Source of the DNA: a virus
Length of the DNA: 64,000 bases
IMG/VR virus record: IMGVR_UViG_3300001605_000008
Span: 32,001 to 96,000 of that record
Direction: 5' to 3' (one strand)
Positions 1 through 9,857 of the stretch are shown in pieces (position 1 is the first letter of the stretch; each line of letters begins with the position of its first letter). A model generated the notes under the pieces. It was not told the origin of the DNA and did no database searches. It saw nothing but the letters and a program-made list of their open reading frames with translations. A program made the translations under genes and the position numbers.

Positions 1-484
1 GTGGAGGAATCAAACTGGGTGCGACACTGACTGTGCAGGTAAACGTAGATCCGGGCATGATCGTCCACCACCATTGTCCGCTCAATGATGGGTCCTCATT
101 ACGACTTACCGAGATACCATCAATCTGCTCGTCTGAAAATGGGTCCGAAATCAAAGTTTCGCCATCTTGATACGAATAAAACCCCATAAAATCTCCCGCA
201 AATTCTGGTGCATCTGTTGGATAATTAGCAACAGTATTGGCCAACAGCAAAGGACTTCCCGATACTGAGATTTCCAAGGCCATAGTCCCAGAAAAAGCAG
301 TGTCTTTTTCCCAGGTAAATGCTTCATTGGCGACACTAAAGGCCGGGTTCGGCAACACTGGCAACGGGGCGTTTTCCGTTACCACCGGTCCTGAAAATAT
401 TTCCTGGCCGTCTAATTTAACAGTTATGTTGGTGGTTGCAGCACCAAATCCCTGAGCATGTTGTCGAAAAGTTCGCGTAGTCAT
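1..484 (-). CDS. Hypothetical beta-rich protein, runs off the left edge (missing from the ORF track)
   Basis: Manual translation from ATG at 484 gives MTTRTFRQHAQGFGAATTNITVKLDGQEIFSGPVV...SLIPP with no stop before position 1. AGGAG RBS at 491-495 and TAAATA at 504-509. Confidence 0.75.
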   Translation of the reverse strand, partial: MTTRTFRQHAQGFGAATTNITVKLDGQEIFSGPVVTENAPLPVLPNPAFSVANEAFTWEKDTAFSGTMALEISVSGSPLLLANTVANYPTDAPEFAGDFMGFYSYQDGETLISDPFSDEQIDGISVSRNEDPSLSGQWWWTIMPGSTFTCTVSVAPSLIPP

Positions 485-518
485 TACAATCTCCTGTTGC
501 TGTTATTTATCACCGTGA

Positions 519-1238
519 TCAGATCCAGTTGGTCTTGACTATGTTATCGTTGACTTCATGTGGATTTGGCGTGCCATGAAACACTATTATTTTAGTGCTG
601 GAATCGATCACCGGAGCAGAGTTGGGATTTTTAACCCGTCTTTTGTTGAAATCCCAACCACCACCGGCGATCTGCCAACGCCAGCTCTTGACAAGATCTG
701 CGTCAATGAATCTCAAGTGACTTTGGGGCAATACCGCGCTGAGATAGTTCTGATCGCCTTTGTATCTCCGGGTTATGGCGGGTCTATCCAGCTGATCAAA
801 ATCTTCCCAGATCCAGTAATATTTTGCCGGATCCCATATCATGACACTGGAGTTAATGGTCTGGATGTTGCCCCGATAAAGATACTGGAAATCCCGTATG
901 CTCCAGAAATATTGGGGATCAAGCTGCCATACCCAGTCAAGATCACCCACGATCACCAGATCGAGATCTAGATACAACATCCGATTAGAAAATCTTCGTA
1001 GATCAAATAGCTGCATTTTGTACCACCAGGCCAAATTGGGACCGGAAATATCCGGCCAATGCGTCAATGTATGTTTGATCATGTGTGCAGGTACCGCCCG
1101 ATGCTCTTCTGTCATCACATGAAATCTCACGGGTGCAGAACTATGCCTGGTTACCATTGAATACAATTTTTCCACATACTCCCAGGGATACTTGTTGCCA
1201 TGTGTCAAGCAAACGACGTCTCGGATATTTTCACTCAT
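519..1238 (-). CDS. GT-A fold glycosyltransferase (GT8-like, phage type)
   Basis: VVCLTHGNKY N-terminus, WWYKMQLF, DxD motif YLDLDLV, GDQNYL and C-terminal FHGTPNPH. Start moved to MSENIRD (1238), 5 nt after TAAATA. Confidence 0.75.
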   Translation of the reverse strand: MSENIRDVVCLTHGNKYPWEYVEKLYSMVTRHSSAPVRFHVMTEEHRAVPAHMIKHTLTHWPDISGPNLAWWYKMQLFDLRRFSNRMLYLDLDLVIVGDLDWVWQLDPQYFWSIRDFQYLYRGNIQTINSSVMIWDPAKYYWIWEDFDQLDRPAITRRYKGDQNYLSAVLPQSHLRFIDADLVKSWRWQIAGGGWDFNKRRVKNPNSAPVIDSSTKIIVFHGTPNPHEVNDNIVKTNWI

Positions 1239-1276
1239 GAAGATATTTACCGTAATATACATAGATAAATATTTCC

Positions 1277-2047
1277 ATGCACACCATCGTGATTGTGACC
1301 GGAGGGTTTGATCCCTTGCACTCCGGACATATAAAATATCTCTCTGCCGCACAGAAACTGGGTGATCGTTTGATCGTGGGAGTGAATTCTGATCCTTGGC
1401 TCACCCGCAAAAAAGGGCGTGCATTCATGCCCTGGAGCGAACGTGCAGATATTATCGGCAATCTTCGCATGGTAGATTCAGTGATAGAATTTGACGACTG
1501 GGATGATTCAGCCCGGCACGCCATAAGAACAGTGCGCAATCAATATCCAGGAGCGCATATCATCTTTGCCAATGGCGGAGATCGCACAGATAAGAATATT
1601 CCGGAAATGGATATTGATGATGACCTACTAGAATTCCGGTTCGGTGTGGGCGGTACCGACAAGGCCAATTCCAGTTCCTGGATCTTGGAGGAGTGGAAGT
1701 CGCCAAAGACTCATCGCGATTGGGGGCATTATCGAGTTCTATACGAACATGATACGAGTACCAAGGTCAAAGAGCTCGTTGTCGATCCCGGACAACAGCT
1801 CAGCATGCAACGACATCAGCATCGCCAGGAATTGTGGTTTGTTGCCAAAGGGACCGCCACAGTGTTTACCCTGGATGCAAACGGTCAGAACATTTTTCAA
1901 GCCGAAGTGACTGAGCATCAGAATATCATGATTTTCCGGAATTGCTGGCACCAGCTGGCCAACCTCACAGATCAACCGTTGAAGATCGTAGAAATACAGT
2001 ATGGTGATCAGTGCCGAGAAGATGACATTGAGAGAATGAAAAAATAA
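1277..2047 (+). CDS. HIGH-motif nucleotidyltransferase (HldE/RfaE domain II or TagD-like) fused to a C-terminal cupin (mannose-6-phosphate isomerase type II-like)
   Basis: GGFDPLHSGH, LGDRLIVGVNSD and VDSVIEF motifs; C-terminal WGHYRVL...LSMQRHQHRQELW...WHQLAN...IVEIQYG...EDDIER cupin. Confidence 0.85.
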   Translation: MHTIVIVTGGFDPLHSGHIKYLSAAQKLGDRLIVGVNSDPWLTRKKGRAFMPWSERADIIGNLRMVDSVIEFDDWDDSARHAIRTVRNQYPGAHIIFANGGDRTDKNIPEMDIDDDLLEFRFGVGGTDKANSSSWILEEWKSPKTHRDWGHYRVLYEHDTSTKVKELVVDPGQQLSMQRHQHRQELWFVAKGTATVFTLDANGQNIFQAEVTEHQNIMIFRNCWHQLANLTDQPLKIVEIQYGDQCREDDIERMKK

Positions 2048-2670
2048 TGTTGCTACAAGAATACCTACTACGTTCTGCACTAAAAGAGCACAGTATTGAT
2101 TGCGACATCCAATTAGATCATAAAAATGGATGGAACTTTGTGGCCGGCCATCAATTTGGTATCAAATATCCACGATCCTATGTGGATCAAATACAACTAT
2201 TAAATCATAAAAAGATCTATGATTATTGTTTCATTGGATCGTGGACTGATAACAAGGGAAGAAAAGAGATATTAGAAAAATACCAAGTATTGAATTCTAA
2301 AATGCATCATTCCAGTAATGGAAGAGACCCCAAGAAAAAATATCAATTTGATAAAGAATATTATCAGATCATGTGCAACTCAAATTTTGGATTGTGTCCT
2401 GGGCATCCAGCCATGCCCAAGCATCCCAATCGCTGGACTTACAGGTTTATTGAAAGTGCTTTTTGTCATGCCATACCAGTAATGTTTGAAGAAACCATAT
2501 ACGGAACTGATTTTGTCAAGGATATCTTTTACGTGTGGGACCGCGACTTGCCGGGGATTGTTTTGCCCAATCACGATGCGCTGGCAAACACGAATTATCT
2601 CAAAGCCGTAGAATACTGGACCTTCCAACCAGACGAGATCGAGATGATACGCAATTCATTGAATTCATAA
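2047..2670 (+). CDS. Exostosin/GT47-like glycosyltransferase fragment
   Basis: FIGS...YYQIMCNSNFGLCPGH...TYRFIESAFCHAIPV resembles the GT47 C-terminal signature. Confidence 0.55.
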   Translation: MLLQEYLLRSALKEHSIDCDIQLDHKNGWNFVAGHQFGIKYPRSYVDQIQLLNHKKIYDYCFIGSWTDNKGRKEILEKYQVLNSKMHHSSNGRDPKKKYQFDKEYYQIMCNSNFGLCPGHPAMPKHPNRWTYRFIESAFCHAIPVMFEETIYGTDFVKDIFYVWDRDLPGIVLPNHDALANTNYLKAVEYWTFQPDEIEMIRNSLNS

Positions 2671-3387
2671 TGAAAAAAATCCTAAAGGTATTTTGGTTCC
2701 GTAGACCTAGACCGGGAAATTTTGGCGATATACTCACTCCCTTGATATTGTCGCACTATGGATATACTGTAGAACATGCTATGGCCGAGGAAGCAGACTA
2801 CATGATGGTGGGTAGCATAGCCAAGATGGCCACAGCAAGACACACAGTGCTTGGATCTGGAGCAATGACTGCTACCCCTGTGTTGTGTGCCCAAACCAAA
2901 TGGAGATGGGTGCGTGGGCCGCGTACACGAGCAGCGGTGATAAAAAATGGTGGCACATGTCCAGAAGTGTATGGGGATCCGGCGATGTTGTTGCCTAGGA
3001 TAGTTTCAGCTGCCAAAGAAAAAAATACACAAGATAGGAATAGTACCGCATTATGTTGATTATCCCGAAGTACGAGATCGTTATCCAACATTGCCAGTGA
3101 TAAATCTATTGGATGCTGACCCTGCCAATGTGATCGGCCAGATCACTCAGTGCGAAAAAATAATATCCAGCAGTCTGCACGGTATCATCGCGGCGCATGC
3201 ATATGGAATACCAGCGGCCTGGGTAAAATTCAGCGATAAATTAGCAGGAGATGATACCAAATTCCATGATCATTATGAATCTCTAGGACTGCTGGCAAAA
3301 CTTAGTTGCATCGATGATCCACGGTTTGTTTCAGCAGAGTTTGATAACTCTCACATACACAATATTCTAGAACAAGGTGATTTCTAA
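2670..3387 (+). CDS. Polysaccharide pyruvyltransferase-like protein, split by one extra A in an A7 run (3019-3025)
   Basis: GNFGDILTP, VGSI, VRGPRT and GDPAMLLP in the first frame continue as IGIVPHYVD...SSSLHGIIAAHAYGIPA after removing one A. Confidence 0.8.
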
Positions 3388-4246
3388 GATGCCCAACGTC
3401 ATGGCAAAAATGCAATTTCCCGCTGACAGCGAATCGCACAAGTACAATCTCATACATTTTAGATTTTTCTTGCAGTATGCCAAGATCGCCGGGGTAGAGG
3501 TTGAACTAGCACCAACCAGTAAAAATGTATATATTCCCCAGGATCAATTAGTGTTTTCTTGCATGATCAACGATCAGCAGGTCATAGTCGATTATGCTGA
3601 TCATAGTTCCAGGTCCTGGAAAAAATATTATCCCGATGTTCCTTATTTTAAGTTTCAGACCCAAATCAAAGATGTTGGTGATCATATCCCTTTGGGACCT
3701 CCCATGGTGGGAGTCAAACGGATAGGTACCAAGGGCGCTACCATGCGCGAATATAATCATGTAAAATATCACTACGATTATCGCCCTGGCACACAGATAT
3801 TGTGTAAACAGTTGCCCAATGGTGCAGCTCTGGAACGACGCAATCAGGTACATACACTATTGAGAAAAGCCTTTCCTGCCAGTGATATTTCAGCAGATTG
3901 TGATCAGATGGATTTTTGGAAAATGCACGAAACATGTCTGGCTGCGGTTTGTGTACCTGGTGCCACCAACAACATGGTGGATCGCGGACACATCGAGCTC
4001 ATGGGGCTGGGGGTGTGCACCGTGAGTCCCAGACTGGATACAGTGTTTCCGCATCATCAGCAGCTGGTGCCTGGGAAGCACTACATAAAATGCCAGGATG
4101 ACTATAGTGATCTCCTGGAAATATTAACAGAATTGCAAAAATTTCCAGAACGTTGCAAAGAAGTAGGCAACAATGCCCGCCAGTTCTACGATGAATATTA
4201 TTCTCCACAGAAATACTGGAACTGGATCCTGGAGAATTTATCATGA
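3377..4246 (+). CDS. Putative GT-B glycosyltransferase (GT90/CAP10- or CgeB-like C-terminus)
   Basis: LVPGKHYIKCQDDYSDLLE...VGNNARQFY pattern; context among glycosyltransferases. Confidence 0.5.
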   Translation: MISKMPNVMAKMQFPADSESHKYNLIHFRFFLQYAKIAGVEVELAPTSKNVYIPQDQLVFSCMINDQQVIVDYADHSSRSWKKYYPDVPYFKFQTQIKDVGDHIPLGPPMVGVKRIGTKGATMREYNHVKYHYDYRPGTQILCKQLPNGAALERRNQVHTLLRKAFPASDISADCDQMDFWKMHETCLAAVCVPGATNNMVDRGHIELMGLGVCTVSPRLDTVFPHHQQLVPGKHYIKCQDDYSDLLEILTELQKFPERCKEVGNNARQFYDEYYSPQKYWNWILENLS

Positions 4247-4947
4247 TCAACATCGTTTGTTTGAAATGGGGAACAAAATACAGCGCAGCCTATGTGAACC
4301 GTCTTTACTATGCTGTAGAACGTCATACCACAAAAGATTTTCAGTTCTGGTGCTTCACTGAAGATACCAATGGCATTGATGTTCATGTAAAAACGTTGCC
4401 TCTGCAGTACCCCGATCAACTAGAGTCCTGGTGGAACAAGATATCCTTGTTTGACTCCGATAACGGGCTGCCCTTGGGTGAACAGATTTTTTACGTAGAT
4501 CTGGATACTCTTATAGTTGACAATATCGATCAGCTGCTGACCGACGTTGTACCAGATATCATTGTGTTGAGAGATTTTTATCATGGTATCGCTCGCACCG
4601 CAGGAAAAATAGGATCAGGATTGATGTCCTGGCGGCATGGCAATTACGACACTGTCTGGCGGGAGTTTATCCAAAATCCCAAAGCAGCCATAGCGTCGGT
4701 GTATCCACACGGTGATCAGCACTGGGTGGAATCCCAGATTGACGCTTGGTATTATTGGCAAGATTTGTTTCCCGATGCTGTGGTCAGCTTCAAGATGCAT
4801 TGCCAACAAGGCATACCCCAAGGAAGTCGCATAATCTGTTATCATGGAAATCCAGGGATACCGGAATCTGTGACTTTTACCGGTAGAGATTGGCGATGGA
4901 AGTTGACCCCGCAACCGTGGGTGCTAGATCACTGGAGAGATCAATGA
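4243..4947 (+). CDS. GT-A glycosyltransferase, paralog of 519-1238
   Basis: INIVCLKWGTKY, WWNKISLF, YVDLDTLI, GDQHWV, YHGNP. Confidence 0.75.
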   Translation: MINIVCLKWGTKYSAAYVNRLYYAVERHTTKDFQFWCFTEDTNGIDVHVKTLPLQYPDQLESWWNKISLFDSDNGLPLGEQIFYVDLDTLIVDNIDQLLTDVVPDIIVLRDFYHGIARTAGKIGSGLMSWRHGNYDTVWREFIQNPKAAIASVYPHGDQHWVESQIDAWYYWQDLFPDAVVSFKMHCQQGIPQGSRIICYHGNPGIPESVTFTGRDWRWKLTPQPWVLDHWRDQ

Positions 4948-5651
4948 ATCAGTATCGTGTACGTTTTGTAGTCTTGCCTGCTCGAGACATATTTGGCATG
5001 GTGGGTCGCTGCGGTGGCGGTTATAACAGCCAGTGGACTGACTGGAGCGATCAAGGACGACACAAACGCGAACTGATCATGCGAGAGTTTGAAGAAGGAC
5101 TAGACGCCATCTGTGGACACTACAGCCGACTAGAAGCCAGTATATTGGCCGAGGGTGTTCGCAATCCTGTTACTATCACCTGCGGACTCCCGCGCAAACG
5201 CACCATGCAGCATCTACCACCGGAGATGAGATCTCTATCGCCGGATCAATTGCTGTTGCTGGAGACCACTGTGGGTGGAAGTCGACTGCACATCTGTCAG
5301 AAATACAACATGAAAATCGCGTGTATCGTCAACGACTGGACTGGAAGATTCGCCCATGAACCCGAGATACGCAGCGAAACCGAAGCCAGGTTGTGCTACA
5401 TAGACCAACCGCAGTCCGTGACATTTCATCCTGACTGGGGATTCATCGAAAGATTTGACCAGAAAAAAGTGGGGCACCATCTGGGAGATGAATGGAGCGA
5501 AGACAAAATAATGCCATTGCGTGCTCCATTATGGATACGTATCATGAATCAACACGGATATCGTGTGGAGAATCTTCCCAGGATAGTGTTAGATGTATTA
5601 AAACAAGCCGGAGTCAATCAGGACGATGTCAGTGCTGGCCCAGCCAAGTGA
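4944..5651 (+). CDS. Hypothetical protein with ParB/sulfiredoxin-like motifs
   Basis: LEASILAEGVRNPVTIT...GGSRLHIC...IACIV. ATGA overlap with the upstream gene supports start 4944. Confidence 0.5.
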   Translation: MNQYRVRFVVLPARDIFGMVGRCGGGYNSQWTDWSDQGRHKRELIMREFEEGLDAICGHYSRLEASILAEGVRNPVTITCGLPRKRTMQHLPPEMRSLSPDQLLLLETTVGGSRLHICQKYNMKIACIVNDWTGRFAHEPEIRSETEARLCYIDQPQSVTFHPDWGFIERFDQKKVGHHLGDEWSEDKIMPLRAPLWIRIMNQHGYRVENLPRIVLDVLKQAGVNQDDVSAGPAK

Positions 5652-6396
5652 GACTCTTGTCCAACCAAGGCAGCACTAGATCACGCTGACGGAGATATCC
5701 ATGTCGGGTGATGCTGTCCACAGCAGATTCGGGCAGTAATCCTTTTTCGATTAGATCGTACCAGCGAGTGACTTTAGGATCCATGGGTGCGTGCTCGCTC
5801 TTGTACACGGCAGCATGCAACCAACTGTCATCGGGCTGTTTCAGGAAGTGCCCAGCCGCACAGTCAAATCCTGACACTGCCAACACATGCAGGAGATTCA
5901 CCATGGTCCATGACCAATAGCAATAATCACGCTGGTCATAGGCCTGTTCGCGATGTTCCATCTCGCACATCTGCGGTACTATGATGATCAGCATGCCGTT
6001 GGCGTTCATTGCCGAGTGCCAATTACGCAGAGTGGCAAATGGATCTATCACGTACTGGAATACATCGTGGCACCACATCACATCAAACTTCTTGTTTGAT
6101 AAAAGCTCCTGCTCGATGTCCTGGCGTTGATACTGCACGTTTTTGTATTTTCTCGCTGCAGACAATCTAGGGATCTGATCAAATCCTGTGCATTTGATAT
6201 CAAGAGGACGTTGCTGTTCATCCCGCGACGTGCGGGTGGCCCACCATTCGATGTCTAGTCCTTCCCCGCAGCCCATGTCAGCTAGAGTACCAATGCTTTC
6301 CATGAAATCATCATATTCGTACAGCAGATCCAGTGTTTTTAAACTGTGCTGATGACTGTCAGTAGAGGAGATAAAGGGTTGATGCACTATGCCCAC
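5629..6396 (-). CDS. Class I SAM-dependent methyltransferase
   Basis: LADMGCGEG motif I; FDVMWCHDVFQY; GMLIIIVP. Confidence 0.85.
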   Translation of the reverse strand: MGIVHQPFISSTDSHQHSLKTLDLLYEYDDFMESIGTLADMGCGEGLDIEWWATRTSRDEQQRPLDIKCTGFDQIPRLSAARKYKNVQYQRQDIEQELLSNKKFDVMWCHDVFQYVIDPFATLRNWHSAMNANGMLIIIVPQMCEMEHREQAYDQRDYCYWSWTMVNLLHVLAVSGFDCAAGHFLKQPDDSWLHAAVYKSEHAPMDPKVTRWYDLIEKGLLPESAVDSITRHGYLRQRDLVLPWLDKSLTWLGQH

Positions 6397-6398
6397 GA

Positions 6399-6851
6399 TC
6401 AGACCTGCGCATCTTCCATGCCAGCGGTTCGCAGACGTGTTATATGGCCCAGCATGAAGTTTTTAGACTCCATGCCTTTCATCACACCCAGGAAACGATT
6501 GCGCAATAGGGCTACTTCGTTGATGATGGTTTCAAAATCTATCACTTCGTCCTCACCATCCACATATTTTTCAGCATCACGGCTAGTGAGCTGTCGCGCA
6601 TAGGCTTCCAGATATTTCTGGAAATGACGCCGACGTATCTTCCTCAACTGTATGTTGAGATAGTTGAGGATGGCTTCAATTTCCTGTAGCTGATTAAACC
6701 GATGCTCGGTTATGCCCGGAAGTTCCTTGATATTGATCTCAACATAGCCACCGATACGGCATTCTTTTTTAGCGTCTTCCAGCTCACGTTCGTAGTGTGC
6801 GATAAAATCTGGTATATTACTCAGACTGGCGACAACACGGCTATACCACAC
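6399..6851 (-). CDS. uvsY: UvsY-like recombination mediator
   Basis: Helical protein with ALTSRDAEKYVDGE-type motif (here QLTSRDAEKYVDGE), KGMESKNFML; adjacent to uvsX. Confidence 0.8.
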   Translation of the reverse strand: MWYSRVVASLSNIPDFIAHYERELEDAKKECRIGGYVEINIKELPGITEHRFNQLQEIEAILNYLNIQLRKIRRRHFQKYLEAYARQLTSRDAEKYVDGEDEVIDFETIINEVALLRNRFLGVMKGMESKNFMLGHITRLRTAGMEDAQV

Positions 6852-6853
6852 GA

Positions 6854-7099
6854 CTAGTACTCGTCATCATAGGAATCTTCATCTTCTTCGTCGACGTCTT
6901 CGGAATCATGGTCGTCCAGATAACTTTGCAAAGCACGACGCACGTCTGTGTCACCTTTGAATGCATCACGAATCTGCTCGGCATCGTAGTCGTTGTCAAT
7001 CAAGACGCTGACCAGACTTTCGGCTGCATCCGCACGATCCGACGCATTCCAGGTGTGCTTCAAACCCGACCAGATTTCGTATGCTAGATCTACTGCCAT
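6854..7099 (-). CDS. Small acidic hypothetical protein
   Basis: 81-aa ORF tightly packed between uvsX and uvsY; acidic C-terminal tail. Confidence 0.7.
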   Translation of the reverse strand: MAVDLAYEIWSGLKHTWNASDRADAAESLVSVLIDNDYDAEQIRDAFKGDTDVRRALQSYLDDHDSEDVDEEDEDSYDDEY

Positions 7100-7101
7100 T
7101 G

Positions 7102-8163
7102 TTATTCCTCCTCAGAAATGATATCGGCAGTACTTACCTCGGACTTTTGATTTTGGAAGTCCAACATGACTTTGTCAAGACAGCCCTCCTCGTTTGATTC
7201 CCAGGCCTTGCGGAACTGTTTGATGATTTCACCATCGCTGGTAGTGAAGGCCAAGCGATTGCCGTCTTTCTTGAGCAGGCCTTTTTTCTCTGCCAGGTCA
7301 GTGAGGCCAGAATAAGGATTCATTCCTGTTTCATAAGGAATTTTGATCTGCACACCTTCAAAGGGTTTGGCATAGCGTGTTTTCATGACCTTGCAAGCAG
7401 CACGGATTCCCATGACGTCGGAGATCTTGTTGCCGTCCTCGTCTTCTTTGAGCTTGAGTTTCTTCATAGCAACAACAATACTTGATGCATAGATAAAACC
7501 TTGTCCGCCTGAGATCTTGTCATCAGGATCAAACATGTCCTGGCTAGCATAGGTATGGTTGGTACACACCATGCCCACGTTATAGCTGCCAAACATGTTG
7601 ACACAGTTACGCACAAGTGATGTAAGTGCTTTGGGTTTGCGACCCAGGTCACCTTTCATTTCTCCTGCTTCAAACTGGTTCACATCGGTAGGTGTGAGCA
7701 ACATACCCAGACTGTCAATCACGAACAGGATCTTGGGACGCTCTTCAGGATTTAGTGTCTTGTAGTCTGCCATGAATGTAGCGATGGTCTTGGCCACGTC
7801 ATCGATCATGGCCATGCTTAGTTTAAGCAGTTTGTTTTCGGAAGTATCCACACCCAAGGCCTTGAGCCAGTCTTCGTCTAGAGCATTTTCCGAATCAACC
7901 AGCACAACAAAGATGCCTTGCTCCTGTGCATTTTTTACGATGTTGCCAGAACAGATATAACTCTTGCCTGCTCCAGATTCGCCCGCAAACACAGTGACCT
8001 TGCCCAAGGGAATGCCTCGATTAAAGTCACCGGAAATCAAATAGTTTAAAGCGTAATTTCCTGTGGAAATCCAGTCTGTAGGATCGTTAAATCCTATGGA
8101 CAGTCCGTCAATAGATTTGGTAATTTCCTTGCGGAATTTTGATACATCAAAAGGTTTTGCCAT
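7102..8163 (-). CDS. uvsX: RecA/UvsX recombinase
   Basis: Walker A GESGAGKS, VDSENALD, VIDSLG Walker B, SGGQG loop. Confidence 0.95.
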   Translation of the reverse strand: MAKPFDVSKFRKEITKSIDGLSIGFNDPTDWISTGNYALNYLISGDFNRGIPLGKVTVFAGESGAGKSYICSGNIVKNAQEQGIFVVLVDSENALDEDWLKALGVDTSENKLLKLSMAMIDDVAKTIATFMADYKTLNPEERPKILFVIDSLGMLLTPTDVNQFEAGEMKGDLGRKPKALTSLVRNCVNMFGSYNVGMVCTNHTYASQDMFDPDDKISGGQGFIYASSIVVAMKKLKLKEDEDGNKISDVMGIRAACKVMKTRYAKPFEGVQIKIPYETGMNPYSGLTDLAEKKGLLKKDGNRLAFTTSDGEIIKQFRKAWESNEEGCLDKVMLDFQNQKSEVSTADIISEEE

Positions 8164-8172
8164 GATTTTTCC

Positions 8173-9318
8173 TTATTTCAATGAATAGAGTTCTAAAAAT
8201 GTTTTTTTACTGTCGAGGTTTCTACGTCGATCCATCTCAGTGAGTTCGTCAAATGATCGTGATAGATTTTTTTCCATGGGCTGATCTAGATAAGATCGTA
8301 TGTTCCGATAACTGTCCTCTAAGAGGTACCCAGGGCGTTCATCTATCTTGTTTTCCAATGTTTTCTTAATTGATTCTAGCACAAAATCTGGTAGATGTCT
8401 AATATTTAGGTAATCAGGATTGAGCAAGGCACCGGCAACGAAACTGTTGTTATGAAAACCGGATTTTTGCAAAAATGCAACACAATCAAAAAAAGATCTG
8501 AAATTCAAAAGGAAATGAAGCATATTAAAGGTTATCTTATGTGGCAACTTTTTTATAATACCGAGATTTTCACAAAAATCTTTCCACTTGCCACCGTAAC
8601 GTATGTATTCAAATTCTTCCTCTAGGCTTTCAACACTCACAGTCCAATGCACATTGGGAAAATCACACAGTCGATCAAAAACAGCAGTGTCTGCTTTGCT
8701 AAGATTGGTATTAACTCGAAGACTTACTGTTGGATTGACCTTTTGTAAGATATCCAACAACTCTAAATTTTGTTTCATCAACAAAGGTTCACCACCGGCT
8801 AGATAAACATGTTTTAAAGTAGCAGCATGATCAAAAATGTAACTCTTAAACGAATTTTTTTGTTCCTCGGACGGTTCATTGATTTCTGTTCTGAGTTCTT
8901 GTGCCCAGCGGCTAGAAAAGGTTGGGCCGCAATACACACATCCAAAATTACAAAGATTAGACCATCTTACATCTATGGTATGTAGCTCATGGTTATTTGA
9001 CTGGTAGGTTTCAAGTGGCACATGTTTGAGCTCTCGTATGTAAAATATACGGTCACTGATCATGTCTAGATTATTTTTGCCCCTCTCTAAATCATAGCAA
9101 GGATGGCAATTTTTTCCCGGTTGCCGATCAATTATTTGGTTCTGCGTCTGGATATTTTCTTTTCCGTGTAGTATCTCTTGGATAGAGTGTTGTTGTATAT
9201 TACCAATAGGTGCAGCACTGCGTATACAATTCTTGACCGTGCCATCGAAATTATACATCAACCCGGTCCATGGCATGGGACAAAAATACGGATTGGTCAA
9301 TACATCCTTGGGAGTCAT
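8173..9318 (-). CDS. Radical SAM enzyme with N-terminal SPASM/twitch-like domain
   Basis: CNFGCVYC (Cx3Cx2C), LAGGEP, VNTN; N-terminal CPMPW...DGTVKNC...CHPC. Confidence 0.9.
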   Translation of the reverse strand: MTPKDVLTNPYFCPMPWTGLMYNFDGTVKNCIRSAAPIGNIQQHSIQEILHGKENIQTQNQIIDRQPGKNCHPCYDLERGKNNLDMISDRIFYIRELKHVPLETYQSNNHELHTIDVRWSNLCNFGCVYCGPTFSSRWAQELRTEINEPSEEQKNSFKSYIFDHAATLKHVYLAGGEPLLMKQNLELLDILQKVNPTVSLRVNTNLSKADTAVFDRLCDFPNVHWTVSVESLEEEFEYIRYGGKWKDFCENLGIIKKLPHKITFNMLHFLLNFRSFFDCVAFLQKSGFHNNSFVAGALLNPDYLNIRHLPDFVLESIKKTLENKIDERPGYLLEDSYRNIRSYLDQPMEKNLSRSFDELTEMDRRRNLDSKKTFLELYSLK

Positions 9319-9857
9319 CGAGGACGTGGCCCAAGAGAAATGTCCGATATCAATAAATTTGGACTTGATACTTCAAATATTTTAATCAACGTATCTGCCC
9401 ACTCATCGACATCGGCTGCTGGAGGCACTGTTTTGTCGGGGCTAGTGGCTATATTGCCCGGTCTTACCAAGGTGAGGCGAATCTGTAAATTCTGATGACG
9501 TATCTGGCGTACTGCTTCTTCTAAAGCAATTTTTTGTACCCGATAAAGATGCATATCAAGTCCCGGTATCGAAGAGATCGGTTGTTGGGTCATCATGGTA
9601 GAAATTACTACAATATGCTTTCCTGTTCCTTGCCAACGCCGAGCCATTTCAAAAAGCAGTTCGGTCTGTGCAAACCCTTCTTGTGCGTTGTTTACCCACA
9701 TGTCGCAGGGGTCGATCGCAGCAGAGATCTTTGGAATATTACGGATATTCCATCCTTCTCTCTTGCTGAATCCAAATATCTGATGCCCTTGCTGAGAGTA
9801 ACACTCTGACAAGGCTTTTCCTATTCCGGCAGTATGTCCGGTTACCGCTATTTTCAT
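9315..9857 (-). CDS. Short-chain dehydrogenase/reductase
   Basis: VTGHTAGIG, VNNA, YRVQK (YxxxK), RPGNIAT. Confidence 0.85.
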   Translation of the reverse strand: MKIAVTGHTAGIGKALSECYSQQGHQIFGFSKREGWNIRNIPKISAAIDPCDMWVNNAQEGFAQTELLFEMARRWQGTGKHIVVISTMMTQQPISSIPGLDMHLYRVQKIALEEAVRQIRHQNLQIRLTLVRPGNIATSPDKTVPPAADVDEWADTLIKIFEVSSPNLLISDISLGPRPR

